DNA of 64,000 bases from Verrucomicrobiota bacterium (GCA_047947115.1 CP170459.1:2496001-2560000); one strand, 5' to 3'. Counted from the first letter of the stretch, positions 27,076-38,600 are shown. A program made the numbers and translations. The notes: generated from the letters alone by a model not told the origin.

Positions 27076-29805
27076 TTATTGATCTTCCTGGCTTTGTGGT
27101 TGTTCTTCTGCCGGTATGGAAGGTTGTGTTGAAATCTGAGCCGGAGTCAGTCCGTAACGCTTTTGTATTTCAATGTCGATCACGTCCTTTTGTATCGGTT
27201 CGGATTCCTCTGCCGGGATTTCTTCTTGTCTGGCAGGGGAGGTGTCTTTCGATTCTTTTTTTACCAAAGTAAGCAATAATCTCTGAGCGTCCTGGTATCG
27301 AGGCGCCTCTTCCAATGCCATCAGCACCTGGCGTTTTGCCTCATCCGATCCCTCCGCATGGAGGAGTCGGGCCAATTCGTAATGGGCCAGGGCAGGATCG
27401 AGTGGGTTCAGTTTGATCAAGGTTTGTCGAGCCTTGATGGCGGTCGGGATATCCTCCAGACGCTCCGAAGCAGCGGCCAAGGCTTTATAGGGCTGGGCGC
27501 TCAACGGGTTGACGGCAAGGAAACGTTCGGCGTTCAGCTTCATGCTTTCCCAGTCTTCCGCATCGCCGGCAATGTTGATCAATCGCATGTAGGCTTCGCT
27601 GACGTCACCATCTATGGCGGCAAGTTTTTCAAGGTGTTCACGTTCCCTGACGGTGTCATCTTGTTTTCCGGCTACGAAGGCCGCCAGGTAAAGTGCTCCA
27701 TTGAGTCCGCGTTGTTCGGGGTAAGCTTCCAGAAGTGTGTTCAAGACAGTTTCAGCCTCTTCCCAATTCTCGTTTTGAACATGTTGACGGGCTGTGCCGA
27801 TCAGTAAGTAATAATTGGTGGGATTCCCTTCAAGTTCAGCGGGCATTTCCGCAGCAGAAATCAGGTTTGGATCGGGTTCATCCCAGGTGAGGGTTTCGCC
27901 CAGCTTGGAGGCCTTGGCTTTTGCCCAGGCGATGAAGGCTTCGTCCAGCTCTTCCACATCCAGTGTTCGTTCGGTAATGGCATCATTAATCGGAATGCCT
28001 TCTCCCAGGTCGGTCAGGATATTTTTCAAGGCATCCATGCCGTATTTCTCCACGATGAAGGCGACGACCAAGGATGATTGATAATAGGCGAACTGCATGT
28101 CTTCACCGGATTCGGCATTGAGGAAGGCGCCGCTTAACTCGCCGATAGGTGTCATTTCGTTGCGCATGACGCGTTGGCGATAGTCCGGTGACATATGCTG
28201 TCCCCATGCAGGATTGCGCTGGAGTTCTTCAAACACCGAAATGCCCTCACTCAACCAGCGTGGCATCTTGTTCTTGGTGAGATTCAGGGTGACCACGTGG
28301 CAGAACTCATGCCACAACACGGCGCGCCAGTTGGAATTACGACCAATTCTTGAAGAAGGGCTGTTGGCGGTGATCACATCACCGAAACAGACACCCAAAA
28401 AACCAGGGTTGTGCGGCATGCCAAAGGTGCGCACCCCGAAGTCGCTTTGATTGGGGAAGATTTCCACGATGATCGGGTGATCCAGCTCAATATCGTATTT
28501 GTCGCAGATCACCGATTTGGCTTCCTGCAAAAGGGCCATGGCCTGGTCTCCGAATATCGCTGCTTCCTGCGCATCCATGCGGAGGATGAAATCCTCGTTT
28601 TGGATGGTTGCAAAGTCGTCGATGACCGATTTCAGCTGCATCAGGTTGAAGGCTGTGACGTTGTAGCCGTCGGCATCATGCATATCCTTGGCCATTTGCC
28701 ATCCGTCGTGTTCGTGACCCAGTCGCAGGAGATCCTGTGCCAGTTGAATGCGGGCATGGGAAAAGTCCTGTTTGAACTTCAGGGAAGCTTTTTGGTATTC
28801 CGCTCCTTCGGCAAAGCGGTATTTCTGTGAAAGCTTTCTTCCGATCAAATGGTCGACCTCGGGGTTTTGGGTCCAGGTGGACATGGCCTTGTCGCGGGCC
28901 TCTTTTTCTTTCTCGTGGTCGCTGTGAAGATGGGCGATGACTGCTTCATAAGCCCAGGCGTCGGGGTGATTGGGGTTGATGGTTTTGATTTGACCCAGCA
29001 AGTCCCTCGCCTGACCGTAATCCTCCGCATCGATGGAGTTGTCAACAAACATCAACATCGCGCCGACATGGTTGGGATTGGCTTTGAGTGTCTTGGTGAG
29101 CATCTCTCCCATTTGATTGTTGCCCGAACCTGCGAGAGCTTGTGCCCAGCGGAACAGAAGCTCTGCATCGTCGGGAAAGTGTTGCAGACCTTGTTTAACA
29201 GTGTTTTCGGCGACGGCGTAATCTTCCTTTTTCAAGGCCAGATCAGCCGCAGCCAGGAATGATTCCCGCAGAGGAGGGGAGGCTTTCATGCCGGGATCGA
29301 AGAAAAGTTCCAGCACCACCCGGGGATCGACATCAAGCTTCAGTGCAGCATCTCCCAAATAGGCAAGATTCTCCGGGTTGACTTTCGAATAACGGATACT
29401 GTTGATGTAGGGGGCGCTGCGATCGAGGTATTCCTGTGCTACGTCCGGTTTGTTGTTAAACAAAGCAACACGATGACCGGCAGGATACAGTTTGATGCCG
29501 CTGACGCGTCGGTCTTCGAGCCCGTCCTGAAGGATTTCGAAAGCTCGTTCGTACCGTCCCAACTGCATGGCGTTTTCCATGCCGAGCAGATACCATTTTT
29601 CGTTGAAAGCGTTGGAATCCTTGAGTTGTTCTTCGCACACATTCAGGCTTTTTTCATACTCACCTTCCCGATTCCATCCGATTGCGTCGTCGTATGCGTC
29701 TGCGTGGCTTGTTTGACTAAAGCAAAAGAGGTGGAAGCACAAAGTAACTGCGATGGTGAGCAGCGCATTTGCATGGCGAATCCGATGATGGAAGAGTGTC
29801 CCCAT
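27076..29805 (-). CDS. Exported TPR-repeat protein with a gluzincin (peptidase MA-like) domain
   Basis: Signal peptide; helical TPR-like repeats; VLWHEFCHVVT...PRWLSEGISVFEE (HExxH plus downstream E); AYYQS. Confidence 0.85.
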   Translation of the reverse strand: MGTLFHHRIRHANALLTIAVTLCFHLFCFSQTSHADAYDDAIGWNREGEYEKSLNVCEEQLKDSNAFNEKWYLLGMENAMQLGRYERAFEILQDGLEDRRVSGIKLYPAGHRVALFNNKPDVAQEYLDRSAPYINSIRYSKVNPENLAYLGDAALKLDVDPRVVLELFFDPGMKASPPLRESFLAAADLALKKEDYAVAENTVKQGLQHFPDDAELLFRWAQALAGSGNNQMGEMLTKTLKANPNHVGAMLMFVDNSIDAEDYGQARDLLGQIKTINPNHPDAWAYEAVIAHLHSDHEKEKEARDKAMSTWTQNPEVDHLIGRKLSQKYRFAEGAEYQKASLKFKQDFSHARIQLAQDLLRLGHEHDGWQMAKDMHDADGYNVTAFNLMQLKSVIDDFATIQNEDFILRMDAQEAAIFGDQAMALLQEAKSVICDKYDIELDHPIIVEIFPNQSDFGVRTFGMPHNPGFLGVCFGDVITANSPSSRIGRNSNWRAVLWHEFCHVVTLNLTKNKMPRWLSEGISVFEELQRNPAWGQHMSPDYRQRVMRNEMTPIGELSGAFLNAESGEDMQFAYYQSSLVVAFIVEKYGMDALKNILTDLGEGIPINDAITERTLDVEELDEAFIAWAKAKASKLGETLTWDEPDPNLISAAEMPAELEGNPTNYYLLIGTARQHVQNENWEEAETVLNTLLEAYPEQRGLNGALYLAAFVAGKQDDTVREREHLEKLAAIDGDVSEAYMRLINIAGDAEDWESMKLNAERFLAVNPLSAQPYKALAAASERLEDIPTAIKARQTLIKLNPLDPALAHYELARLLHAEGSDEAKRQVLMALEEAPRYQDAQRLLLTLVKKESKDTSPARQEEIPAEESEPIQKDVIDIEIQKRYGLTPAQISTQPSIPAEEQPQSQEDQ

Positions 29806-29973
29806 GATGATTTCCAGCACGATAGCCTGCCGAGGCAGGATTGCAAATAAATTGAGGACATTAAAAATTCAAGGAAAGGATTGTTTATTTGTTCCCTGGT
29901 TGGGATTGTGTTTATAACCAACTCCGACTTGAAACCGGGAATTTTGAATCTGCGCGAGTCCTTATGTTCTGGA

Positions 29974-30002
29974 TTGACCCTAATGGGTGTTTGGCTTACC
30001 CT
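29974..30002 (+). promoter_or_regulatory. Candidate sigma70 promoter for the small ORF at 30012
   Basis: TTGACC - 17 nt - TACCCT, ending 9 nt before ATG 30012. Confidence 0.4.
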
Positions 30003-30011
30003 GGACCGATT

Positions 30012-30290
30012 ATGTCAGAGAAACTTCCAATTCGATTTGGTGGCATAATTCATACTAGTGAAAACCTTTCTGGAATTCTGACGTGGTTGTGCACAGGGCT
30101 ATTGATATGCACCGTCATTTGGTTGGGGCGATATTTCTCCCCGATATTGGTTTTCGGTTTTCTTGGCTTTTCCTTGCTGGTATTTCTTCCCGCGCTTTGT
30201 GGTTCTTTTATTGGCTGGTTTCTGGGGGGTGTTCGTAACGAATGCAAACAATTTCGCCACCATCGCAAGATAGAACGATCATTTCGGTAA
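30012..30290 (+). CDS. Small hypothetical membrane protein
   Basis: MSEKLP start with two hydrophobic stretches and a basic tail; candidate promoter just upstream; fills the gap between divergent and convergent neighbours. Confidence 0.5.
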   Translation: MSEKLPIRFGGIIHTSENLSGILTWLCTGLLICTVIWLGRYFSPILVFGFLGFSLLVFLPALCGSFIGWFLGGVRNECKQFRHHRKIERSFR

Positions 30291-30333
30291 AGATTGTAGC
30301 TTACCAAAGCCAGATCCTCGCCCCCACCTCCAC

Positions 30334-30581
30334 ACCACCGCAAAGCGTCCGTATCGGGTAGCGCACCGCTGCCGCGGGGCCGCGAGTGTGAGAAGAGGGT
30401 TCAACAGACTGATGCGTCATGCGGACTCATGGTTTGCGATGACAGTTCACGCCTCGCATCGATCCCCGGTGGATTTTGTTCACCACAATACACGTCGCGG
30501 ACTTGCGGCAGCAAGTCCCTACCACCTCAAAGCGTCCGTATCGGGTAGCGCACCGCTGCTGCGGGGCCGCGAGCGTGAGAA
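30334..30581. repeat. REP-like cluster: 61-bp direct repeat x2 with an inverted GTAG-hairpin between them
   Basis: accac(cg/ct)caaagcgtccgtatcgggtagcgcaccgctg(c/t)gcggggccgcgag(t/c)gtgagaa at 30334-30394 and 30521-30581. Hairpin ggacttgc-ggca-gcaagtcc followed by ctacc at about 30495-30523. Confidence 0.85.
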
Positions 30582-30638
30582 TCCGTGATCCCAACGAGTT
30601 CGTTTAGGCAAATGCTTTTGGTCATTGGTATAACAAAA

Positions 30639-31925
30639 CTATTTGATAGGTGTGAAAGGTGTTCCCGACGGTTGATTGCCGGTGGCTGGTCGTTGAAAGA
30701 CGGCGCCATAATCTGTAAAGCCATCCACAAATCCACCATGGGATAGAAAGAACTGTCCCTTTTCCAATCCCATAAAGCGATCGAGTCGGTCTTCTTTACC
30801 GGTAGGATCATGACTGAATTTGGCGCTGGTGAGTTCTATCCAGTACCCGTTGGGTTGAACAATCCATTGGTTTCCGTATAACGCTTTGCGAATCAGGTGA
30901 CCGTTGCTTCCGACGAAATTTTCGCTGAAGCTGTAAAGACCGCGCATATATCCGCCTTCACCCGGAGTGTCCCAGGAGGAAATTAACATCCATTCCAGGC
31001 TATCCGGGTGATGATAATACCCAGTAAAGCGTGTGTGTGTGTCGTTAATCGGAGTGGCGGTTACCAGGAATTTTTGAAGGCTGCCGGTTTTCCAGGGATA
31101 CTTAAGGTGACTGTGTCCCCCGGTGCCTTCATTCCCGAAGCGACCGGTAAAGACTCCATCTCCTTTTTCAACCAGTCGCACGCGATCCATTTCGTCGACT
31201 TTGTTGGGATCAGTTGGTTCGTTGCCCCGGTCCCACACGCTGAAAATAATCCGCCGCTCCGTCGGGCTGTTTACTTGCATTCCGAAATAACCCCGGTGCC
31301 ATCCGCAAGCCATGTAGTATGAGTGAACGGGATCTTCCAGAGCCGTCATCTCACAATAAAAAGCGGCTACCTTGACGTTTTCCATTACCGGATAGACCAA
31401 ATGGACGGAGGCGGCATTCCGTCTGGGTTTCAGGTTGAAATGGGCTTTATCAACAGACTCTCCATCCAGTTCAAGCTGGATGATATCCAGAGCCGTGGCA
31501 TCGGCATCTTGTGAAGGGATGCGTTTGAGTGCGATAGGAAGATAGCCTGGTTCAGTTATCTCGAACGCGCCGAAATCTACTTCGGCTTCCTTATTGTTCT
31601 CAATGTTCACAACCCGGCGCTTTTCTTCTGAACCGACCTGTAACTTTAGGGCGACCGAACCCTCATCCCGTCCGCGGACTTGCAAGCGAACTTTCAGGTT
31701 GCCAACGTTCTTGAAATTCCCATACCACTGAATCTGAGTCGCATGATCCTTCCAGTTTACAATACCGCCTTGTCTGGAAATGCGTGCACCTCCCATGTCC
31801 GGTTTAAGGTAACCGGTCTCTGCCGGTACAATCAGTGATGCAGCCCCGGAACAGAGGTGCAAGCAAAGCAGGGCAAATAAACTCACGATAAAAGTTGATC
31901 TCATAATGCTAAGTGAAATGGACAT
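30639..31925 (-). CDS. Secreted DUF5077/DUF3472 domain protein
   Basis: RRNAASVHL, SYYMACGWHRGYFGMQVNSPTERRIIFSVWD, FGNEGTGGHS, LYSFSENF. Signal peptide follows Met 31925 or 31904. Confidence 0.8.
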   Translation of the reverse strand: MSISLSIMRSTFIVSLFALLCLHLCSGAASLIVPAETGYLKPDMGGARISRQGGIVNWKDHATQIQWYGNFKNVGNLKVRLQVRGRDEGSVALKLQVGSEEKRRVVNIENNKEAEVDFGAFEITEPGYLPIALKRIPSQDADATALDIIQLELDGESVDKAHFNLKPRRNAASVHLVYPVMENVKVAAFYCEMTALEDPVHSYYMACGWHRGYFGMQVNSPTERRIIFSVWDRGNEPTDPNKVDEMDRVRLVEKGDGVFTGRFGNEGTGGHSHLKYPWKTGSLQKFLVTATPINDTHTRFTGYYHHPDSLEWMLISSWDTPGEGGYMRGLYSFSENFVGSNGHLIRKALYGNQWIVQPNGYWIELTSAKFSHDPTGKEDRLDRFMGLEKGQFFLSHGGFVDGFTDYGAVFQRPATGNQPSGTPFTPIK

Positions 31926-32001
31926 AGGTGAAGCTCTTTTCTTACTTTGCAGTAAACTGCAGGTAAGCCTCAATTTGATGAACTGAGCATATCCTATGTG
32001 A

Positions 32002-33597
32002 TTACAGACACAAGAGGTAGTTGACCAAATCCTCCTTTTCCTGCTTGGAGAGTTGAAGTTGCAAGATGAGGTTAAAGAATTCAACGGCGTCATGTAGAGT
32101 GGGGAGACGTCCGTCATGCAGGTAAGGCGGGGTGTCTTTGATGCCGCGTAATGGGAAGGTCTTGATGGGGCCTTCAGGGCGTCCGACGTAGAAGCGTTCG
32201 ACTTTCAGGTCGTGCATGTAATCGTCCACGAAGGCTGGGCCATAGTGACATTTGGAGCACATGGCTTTGCCGTGAAACAGGACCTCACCACGGCGTTCGG
32301 ACTCGGATGAAAGTTCAGGGATGAACCGCATGAGTGGATCGAGTTTCGGAGTAGGGGGATAATCGAGTATGGCGTTGAAATCGCCCATACGGTTGGTCAC
32401 TTCGCGTTTGACAGCTCGAGGGCCGATGGCTTGCTGCATGCCTGGATCTCCGTCAAAGTATTCTTCAACCTCCGAAAAATGATCCATGCTGCGAATGGAT
32501 CGTTTGGAGGAAAGTTGCATGAGGTTGAAGTTCCCCCGCATGGTCGGCGTATCAACACGCAGTCGGGCCAGAATCGGACGGGCATCGGGGCCAAGTTCGA
32601 ACGCTCCGCTGGTATGTCCGTTGACGTGGCAGTCAAAGCAGGCCACGCCCTTGGATGGCTTTTCAGTGACCCGATGGTCGGTGTGGTTGAACCAGGTGGT
32701 CGGTGAAGGGCGCAGGAGTTCTTTGAGACCTTCCATTTGCTCTGGAGTGATCAAGCCATCGAAAATTTCAAAAAAATTATCAAGTGTGACTTCGCGGCCG
32801 TTGGTGACGTCGCCCAATTCCCTGTGAGTGGACAGGTACATCGGTGGTGGGAACTCGGGAAGATACGCCTCCGGGATGTCCATGTCCACATCCATGCGTT
32901 CGTGTTCGGGATGAACTTTGATCCATGATCTGGGAAAGACCATGTGAGCGGTTGATTGGAGGGGGTGGGCCAACGGTTTGTAGGGAAATAAATCCCGATC
33001 CTTTATTTCCGACGGCGTCAGTTCGGCCATGGTTTCGTAGGAGGAAATGTCGGCCGCCAGTCTGGCCACAGGTCCCTTCATGATGGGTTTGCCTCCGGAC
33101 ATGAACTGACCTTCGATGGGCTCCTCTGTGAAGGAGAAACGTTCATTCATGTAAGCATGCACATCCCGCATCAATCCGGGTTTTTGCTTTCGGTGGAACT
33201 CAATCCATTGATCGAATCGCATGGGTAGCACGGGTGATGCAAAGGAGGAAACCCCGCGTCCGTAATAGCGCCATAAATCGAATGGAGTGCGCATGCCTTT
33301 TTGGATGGCCGGGTAAATCTGCAGTCCGTCCAACCGGGGCCCCGTGGCTTCCTGGATCTGTCGCGGGGAAGGAGCCGGCGCGAAATGGATCTCATCCGTC
33401 GAAGTCGTGTTCCGCGCGTCCTGGCCGGGGTTCGTCGCCTGGTTTGTGATTTCCTGAGAGTTGGATTGAGTCTGCCGCCGGGTGGAAGGAACCCGGCTAA
33501 GGTCACTGCCGTGATACAACTGGTAAGTGGAATAAACACCGAAGGCGATTCCAATGATGCCCAGCATGCCAATGATGCGTGCAGTTTTCTCATTCAT
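32002..33597 (-). CDS. Membrane-anchored di-haem cytochrome c (cytochrome c peroxidase/MauG superfamily)
   Basis: N-terminal TM helix; CFDCH and CSKCH haem motifs; DTPTMRG, RGEVLFHGKA, KTFPLRGIKDTPPYLHDGR, EKEDLVNYL. Confidence 0.85.
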   Translation of the reverse strand: MNEKTARIIGMLGIIGIAFGVYSTYQLYHGSDLSRVPSTRRQTQSNSQEITNQATNPGQDARNTTSTDEIHFAPAPSPRQIQEATGPRLDGLQIYPAIQKGMRTPFDLWRYYGRGVSSFASPVLPMRFDQWIEFHRKQKPGLMRDVHAYMNERFSFTEEPIEGQFMSGGKPIMKGPVARLAADISSYETMAELTPSEIKDRDLFPYKPLAHPLQSTAHMVFPRSWIKVHPEHERMDVDMDIPEAYLPEFPPPMYLSTHRELGDVTNGREVTLDNFFEIFDGLITPEQMEGLKELLRPSPTTWFNHTDHRVTEKPSKGVACFDCHVNGHTSGAFELGPDARPILARLRVDTPTMRGNFNLMQLSSKRSIRSMDHFSEVEEYFDGDPGMQQAIGPRAVKREVTNRMGDFNAILDYPPTPKLDPLMRFIPELSSESERRGEVLFHGKAMCSKCHYGPAFVDDYMHDLKVERFYVGRPEGPIKTFPLRGIKDTPPYLHDGRLPTLHDAVEFFNLILQLQLSKQEKEDLVNYLLCL

Positions 33598-34112
33598 GGT
33601 TTGGACTGGCTGTTGGTTTGATCGACCAATGCAGCGCTTGGAATTCTTTTAGGTTTTCGGATTACGGGCAGGAGAATGGCCCATCCTGCCGCAAGAAAGA
33701 CCAGGTTTTTTATAATATATTGCCCCTCGATGGTAGGCGCGAAAGGGGCGTATTTAAAGGTCAATTCGGGCAGGAAAAACAGCGGTAAAAACGTTCCGGC
33801 CATGTGGGCAAAGAACAGAATGGAGACCCACCGCAGGCAAATGTTCAGGATGAACCCGATCCCGATCAACACTTCCATCACTGCCAGACTTCTCAGGGCC
33901 AGATCCGCTCCCATTTGATAACCGGACATGCGCATGATGGTTTGACTGCCCAGTAATTCGGCAGGGCTCAGGTCCGGGAACAGTTTCAGGAAACCGAACA
34001 GGAAATAAACCAACCCCAATGACAAGCGCAAAAGCAGCAGATCAGAAGCGTAGGCTTCCTGCGAAATGGCTGGTTCACTTTGAACCGTTTTACTTGCGCT
34101 TGACGAGGACAT
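33594..34112 (-). CDS. DoxX-family membrane protein
   Basis: LRLSLGLVYFLFGFLKLFP, E.LIG, HMAGTFLPL, PTIEGQYIIKN. 4-nt ATGA overlap with the di-haem gene. Confidence 0.85.
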   Translation of the reverse strand: MSSSSASKTVQSEPAISQEAYASDLLLLRLSLGLVYFLFGFLKLFPDLSPAELLGSQTIMRMSGYQMGADLALRSLAVMEVLIGIGFILNICLRWVSILFFAHMAGTFLPLFFLPELTFKYAPFAPTIEGQYIIKNLVFLAAGWAILLPVIRKPKRIPSAALVDQTNSQSKP

Positions 34113-34169
34113 GATTTCGTCCGGGGTTTTAATGATTCGCTTGCAGGCATCAGACTGCTTTTCAAACGA

Positions 34170-35603
34170 CTAAGAAATGATTTCTTTCAACACGCTCCCA
34201 TGAACATCCGTCAAACGGACATTTCTCCCCGCGTACAGGTAAGTATGTTCCTCGTGGTTAATGCCCAGTTGGTGGAGTACGGTTGCCCAGAGGTCGTAGA
34301 CATCGCAGGGTTTGTCGGTGACGTGATAACCGAATTCGTCGGTGGCGCCATAGACGGATCCACCCCTGAAACCGCCACCCGCCAACCAGACGCTGAATCC
34401 GAAAGGATTGTGATCGCGACCATTGCTCCCTTGAGAAAAGGGTGTCCGGCCAAATTCGCCGGCGAAGATGACGATGGTTTCATCGAGCAATCCGCGGCGT
34501 TTTAGATCCACCAACATGGCGGCAATGGGTTGGTCCACCTGATGCCCCATGGCTCCATGACCGCGTTCCAGGTCGCCGTGTTGATCCCACGGGTTCGCCG
34601 CGCCGCCAGCTCCGATGTTTTCCGTCAGGCAACTCAATTCCACAAACCGAACCCCCCGTTCCACCAGGCGGCGAGCCATCAGGCATTGCAGGGCGTAGGC
34701 CGCTTTTTGTGGATGTGGGTCGTCCACTCCATAAAGTTTTTTGGTTGCTTCGGTTTCGCCTTTCAAATCCACCAGCTCCGGCACGGCGGTTTGCATGCGG
34801 TAAGCCGTTTCGTAGTTGCGGATGGCGGCCTCGACTTGAGTGGAATGATTCGATTGTTTCAGGAATGTTTGATCCAGGCTTTCAATGAAGCTCAATCGTG
34901 TCTGCTGTTGTTGATCAATTTCCCTGGGCACGATGTTGGCGACCGCTTCCCTGGCGTCCACTTTCAGAATGGAAGCCTGATGATGCGCCGGAAGAAATCC
35001 GTTGCTGAACAAACCGACCCCGCCATGAGGGGGAACCGCACCGCCGCTTTGCAGGACCACGTAACCCGGCATGTTGTGATTTAGATTGCCCAGACCGTAA
35101 TTGATCCAGGCCCCTGCGCTGGGGTGTCCGATGAAAGGGAATCCGGTATGGAAAGCGAAGTTGCCCTGGGCATGTTCGTTGAGCTTGGTGGTCATGGAGC
35201 GGATGACGGTCAGGTCGTCCGCACACCAATCCTGGAGCCTTGGAAACATGGAGCTGATATCAATCCCGCTTTGACCGCAACGTTTGAACTCGAAAGGGCA
35301 GGGGAAGATGTTCCCATTGTTGTTGAACTGGGTGCGTTCGATATTGACCGGCATGGGTTTGCCTGCCAGGGATTTCAATTTCGGTTTGGGATCAAATGTG
35401 TCGATGTGGGAAAATCCTCCCGACATGTAGCAGAGAATGACATTCTTAGCTTTGCCCTTGTAGTGTGGTACCGGCCCCGAAGGAACCGCGTTCAGGGATT
35501 GCGATCGCAGGGCTGAAAAAGCCATGAGGCCGAAGCCCGAGGAGCACTTTGCCAACATGCTGCGGCGTGAGATCATGGGGTTGGGTAATGGTTTATTGGA
35601 CAT
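34170..35603 (-). CDS. DUF1501 domain protein (Tat-exported, PVC-typical)
   Basis: [64 protein letters not shown]. Confidence 0.93.
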   Translation of the reverse strand: MSNKPLPNPMISRRSMLAKCSSGFGLMAFSALRSQSLNAVPSGPVPHYKGKAKNVILCYMSGGFSHIDTFDPKPKLKSLAGKPMPVNIERTQFNNNGNIFPCPFEFKRCGQSGIDISSMFPRLQDWCADDLTVIRSMTTKLNEHAQGNFAFHTGFPFIGHPSAGAWINYGLGNLNHNMPGYVVLQSGGAVPPHGGVGLFSNGFLPAHHQASILKVDAREAVANIVPREIDQQQQTRLSFIESLDQTFLKQSNHSTQVEAAIRNYETAYRMQTAVPELVDLKGETEATKKLYGVDDPHPQKAAYALQCLMARRLVERGVRFVELSCLTENIGAGGAANPWDQHGDLERGHGAMGHQVDQPIAAMLVDLKRRGLLDETIVIFAGEFGRTPFSQGSNGRDHNPFGFSVWLAGGGFRGGSVYGATDEFGYHVTDKPCDVYDLWATVLHQLGINHEEHTYLYAGRNVRLTDVHGSVLKEIIS

Positions 35604-38600
35604 AGATGAACTCCTTCAAATTGAAAATGGCATGTGCCAGGTCAGCCCATGCATGGCTCAAACCCTGCTTGCTCTGGATGCTTTCCAGTGCTGCTTTGGT
35701 TGTGTTGATTTGGGATAACCAGTTGTTCCGTTTGGATAATTCCTCTTCATTTAAAGCCGCCAGCAGGTCCTTCTGGGAAACAAAATGAGGATCGCCATTG
35801 AATGAAGCTTTGATTTCTTCAGAAGACAAGGCTCTGTCATAAAACCGGGCTTTGGCGATCTGACCTCTCAACAAGCGATTGCCGCCAGGGGAACCATGGC
35901 GGTTTCCCAAAAGCAATTGAGCGTTGCCGGCCGAAAACGTGACCGGTCCGTCGCTTCGGTATGGCTTGCCGTATTGCGTTCCGTTTCGGTAGGCCGTGAT
36001 CGTTCCGTCAACCTGGTACGTCAGCGCAATGTGCACCCATTCCTGGTGAGCGGTATGCTCATTCTCGCCATGCAGATTCTGGGTGCGCGCAAAGACGTTG
36101 CTTCCTGCCAGCCATTTTCTGGATGTTTGTTCGCCGTAGACAATCGCATCGAACGTTGAGCCTGAAGTATCCTGCAGGGACATCACCCCGCCGCCGCGTT
36201 GATCAAGGTCGTCCAGTTGCACCCAGGCTTCGAGCGTCTTTTCTTTGATGTCTTTTTGAAATGCTTTTGATCGGGCGTAACTTCCTTTTCCGTTTAATTT
36301 CAACGCACCTCCTTCCAACCGGGCCTCCCCCAGCAACTCCAGATCTAGACCGCCGATCTCATCCTTCAATCCGCTCGAAAAATTCCAACTGGCAAAGGGG
36401 GCGGGGCCTGGGGCAGCAGTTTTCAGAGTGTCCTGATCTCGCCCTTCCAGGACTCGGTTTCTTGCCGTTTCCTCCAATTGGACCAAGGCCGCCTCGGTTT
36501 CCTTAACTTGATCGCTCAGCGCGTTTATTTGTCGGGTGGTATCCTGTTTCAGATCGTGCATGGCGGCCAGAAATTGTTCCGCACGGATGGTTTCGCTGAG
36601 ATTTGGATAGCGCCCCAAGGCTTTCAGGAACAGGGATTGGATTTCGTTTCGATGGGTTCCTTTAACTGAAGGATCTATCTGAGCCAAACCTGAAACCCAT
36701 TTTTCGGCGCAATCAATAACAAACCGATCATTCAACATGCTCAAGGATTGGCCGGGCACGTTGGTGGCATCACGACGACCTCGCGTGCTGGCGGGTACCG
36801 GCGCGTCGAACAAGGTGAGAAAGGGGTCCAGATCGTTTCGCTTGACCCGGACGTAAACACTGCGCCTGGGGGAGTTGCCGTTGACCGGGGAACCATACTG
36901 GGTGTCCCGATCCAATTTGCCGGACACGGCGAGCAGACTGTCCCGAATCGCTTCTGCTTCCAATCTGCGAACGGAAAAATGCGACCATAGCTGATTGTCA
37001 GGATCCCTGGCTGCTGCCAGATCCGATGTGTCGCTGGAGCGTTTCCAGGTTTCCGAGGTGACCAGAAACCGGATCATGTTCTTGATCGACCATCCGTTGT
37101 TTTTGAAATGTGCAGCCAGAAAATCCAGTAGTTCCGGGTGAGTTGGTGGAAGGCCAAGTTTGCCGAAATTATCCGGTGTGGCGACGATGCCTTTCCCGAA
37201 GAGGTGATGCCAGATGCGGTTGACGATCACTCGCGAGGTCAGAGGGTTGTCATCACGCAGCATGTCCTGGGCTAACTCCAGACGACCGCTCGATTTAGTT
37301 TGATAAGGTTCGTCATCCAGAAATTCCAGGAATCGTCGAGGCACCACATCCAATGGCTTCTTGTGGTCTCCCCGATCAAACAGGACCTGGTCGAAACCTT
37401 CCGTTTCGAATTGGCCCGGAGAACGCATGGGCGTGGCTAAATGTTTTTCAAATCGGCGCCATTCTTCCAACATTTTGGCAATCGAAGTTCCTTCCTGAGC
37501 CTGGTTGGTAAGAATCTTTGATTTCAATATCGCATCCAGAAAAACCGCCTGGGCATCCGTGAGGTGTTTGTTTTTCCATGCAGTCAATGATTCGAAGATC
37601 GACTTTCGGTAAATGGCCAGGAGTTCACTTTGGCTTTCTGGTAATTCATCCTTTGTCTCTGCCAGAACCGGTCGGAATATTTCAGCTTCCACCTGGTTGT
37701 TGAAAGGAGAGTTCGAGGGGACGATGACGGCGTTTCGGATTCCGAACCAGGAACGCGTTTGGTCAAGCCTGGCAAGCACGGGTTGATCGGCCGCGGTGGT
37801 GATTTCGATGTGGATTTGATCTCCCTTCCAGTAATCGAGCGGAAACTTCCTCCAATGCCAGCGTGATCCATTCATGCGTTCCACCGGATAAACCGTTCCG
37901 TCACGCGGGTAGTTTTGAACCGCATAGCGCGCCATGGCATTTCCGTCCCCGTTGACCAACAGCCAGAGGTCGTAAGGTTGATCGAGTTGGATTCTGGGTG
38001 AATGCAACAAGCCTCGATCCTTGGTGGACACCAAATGAGAATAGGTGCCGGAAGGAAGTATATTTTGGACAATGGATTCTCCTTCGGTAGACAAGGCCCA
38101 GGTTCCGGAATGAGCAGGTCGTGTTGCTGACGGACCCTCTGCAAACCATTTTGAGGCATCCGAAGGATCTGCAAGATTCCAGTCATGAACACGCTTGAAT
38201 GTTTCTGCTCCGTTGGCTTGTTCCCGCAGTGCTTTCCATGCTTCCAGGACTTCCTTGCGATCGGTCTCAATGGCGGACAATGGCCATAGCACATCGCCTT
38301 TTTTGGATTGCTTCAGCGCTTCCAACAACACGTTTGAATCTGGATTCAGGTGCTCCGTCTCGATCATCCATGTCGCAATGATTTCCTCCTTGATGGATGC
38401 CTTCAGCGCTTTCATTTTAACGCGTAAATCCGCTTCCGAAGTGGGGGGGACGTTTACTTGAATCATGGTAGGCCGTCCGGAGGCCATGATTCCGTACCAT
38501 GCGTAGAAATCCTTTTGACTGATGGGTTCGAATTTGTGGTCGTGACACCGAGCACAGGAAACCGTGATGCCTTGAAAGGCTTTGGAGACGACGTTGATCT

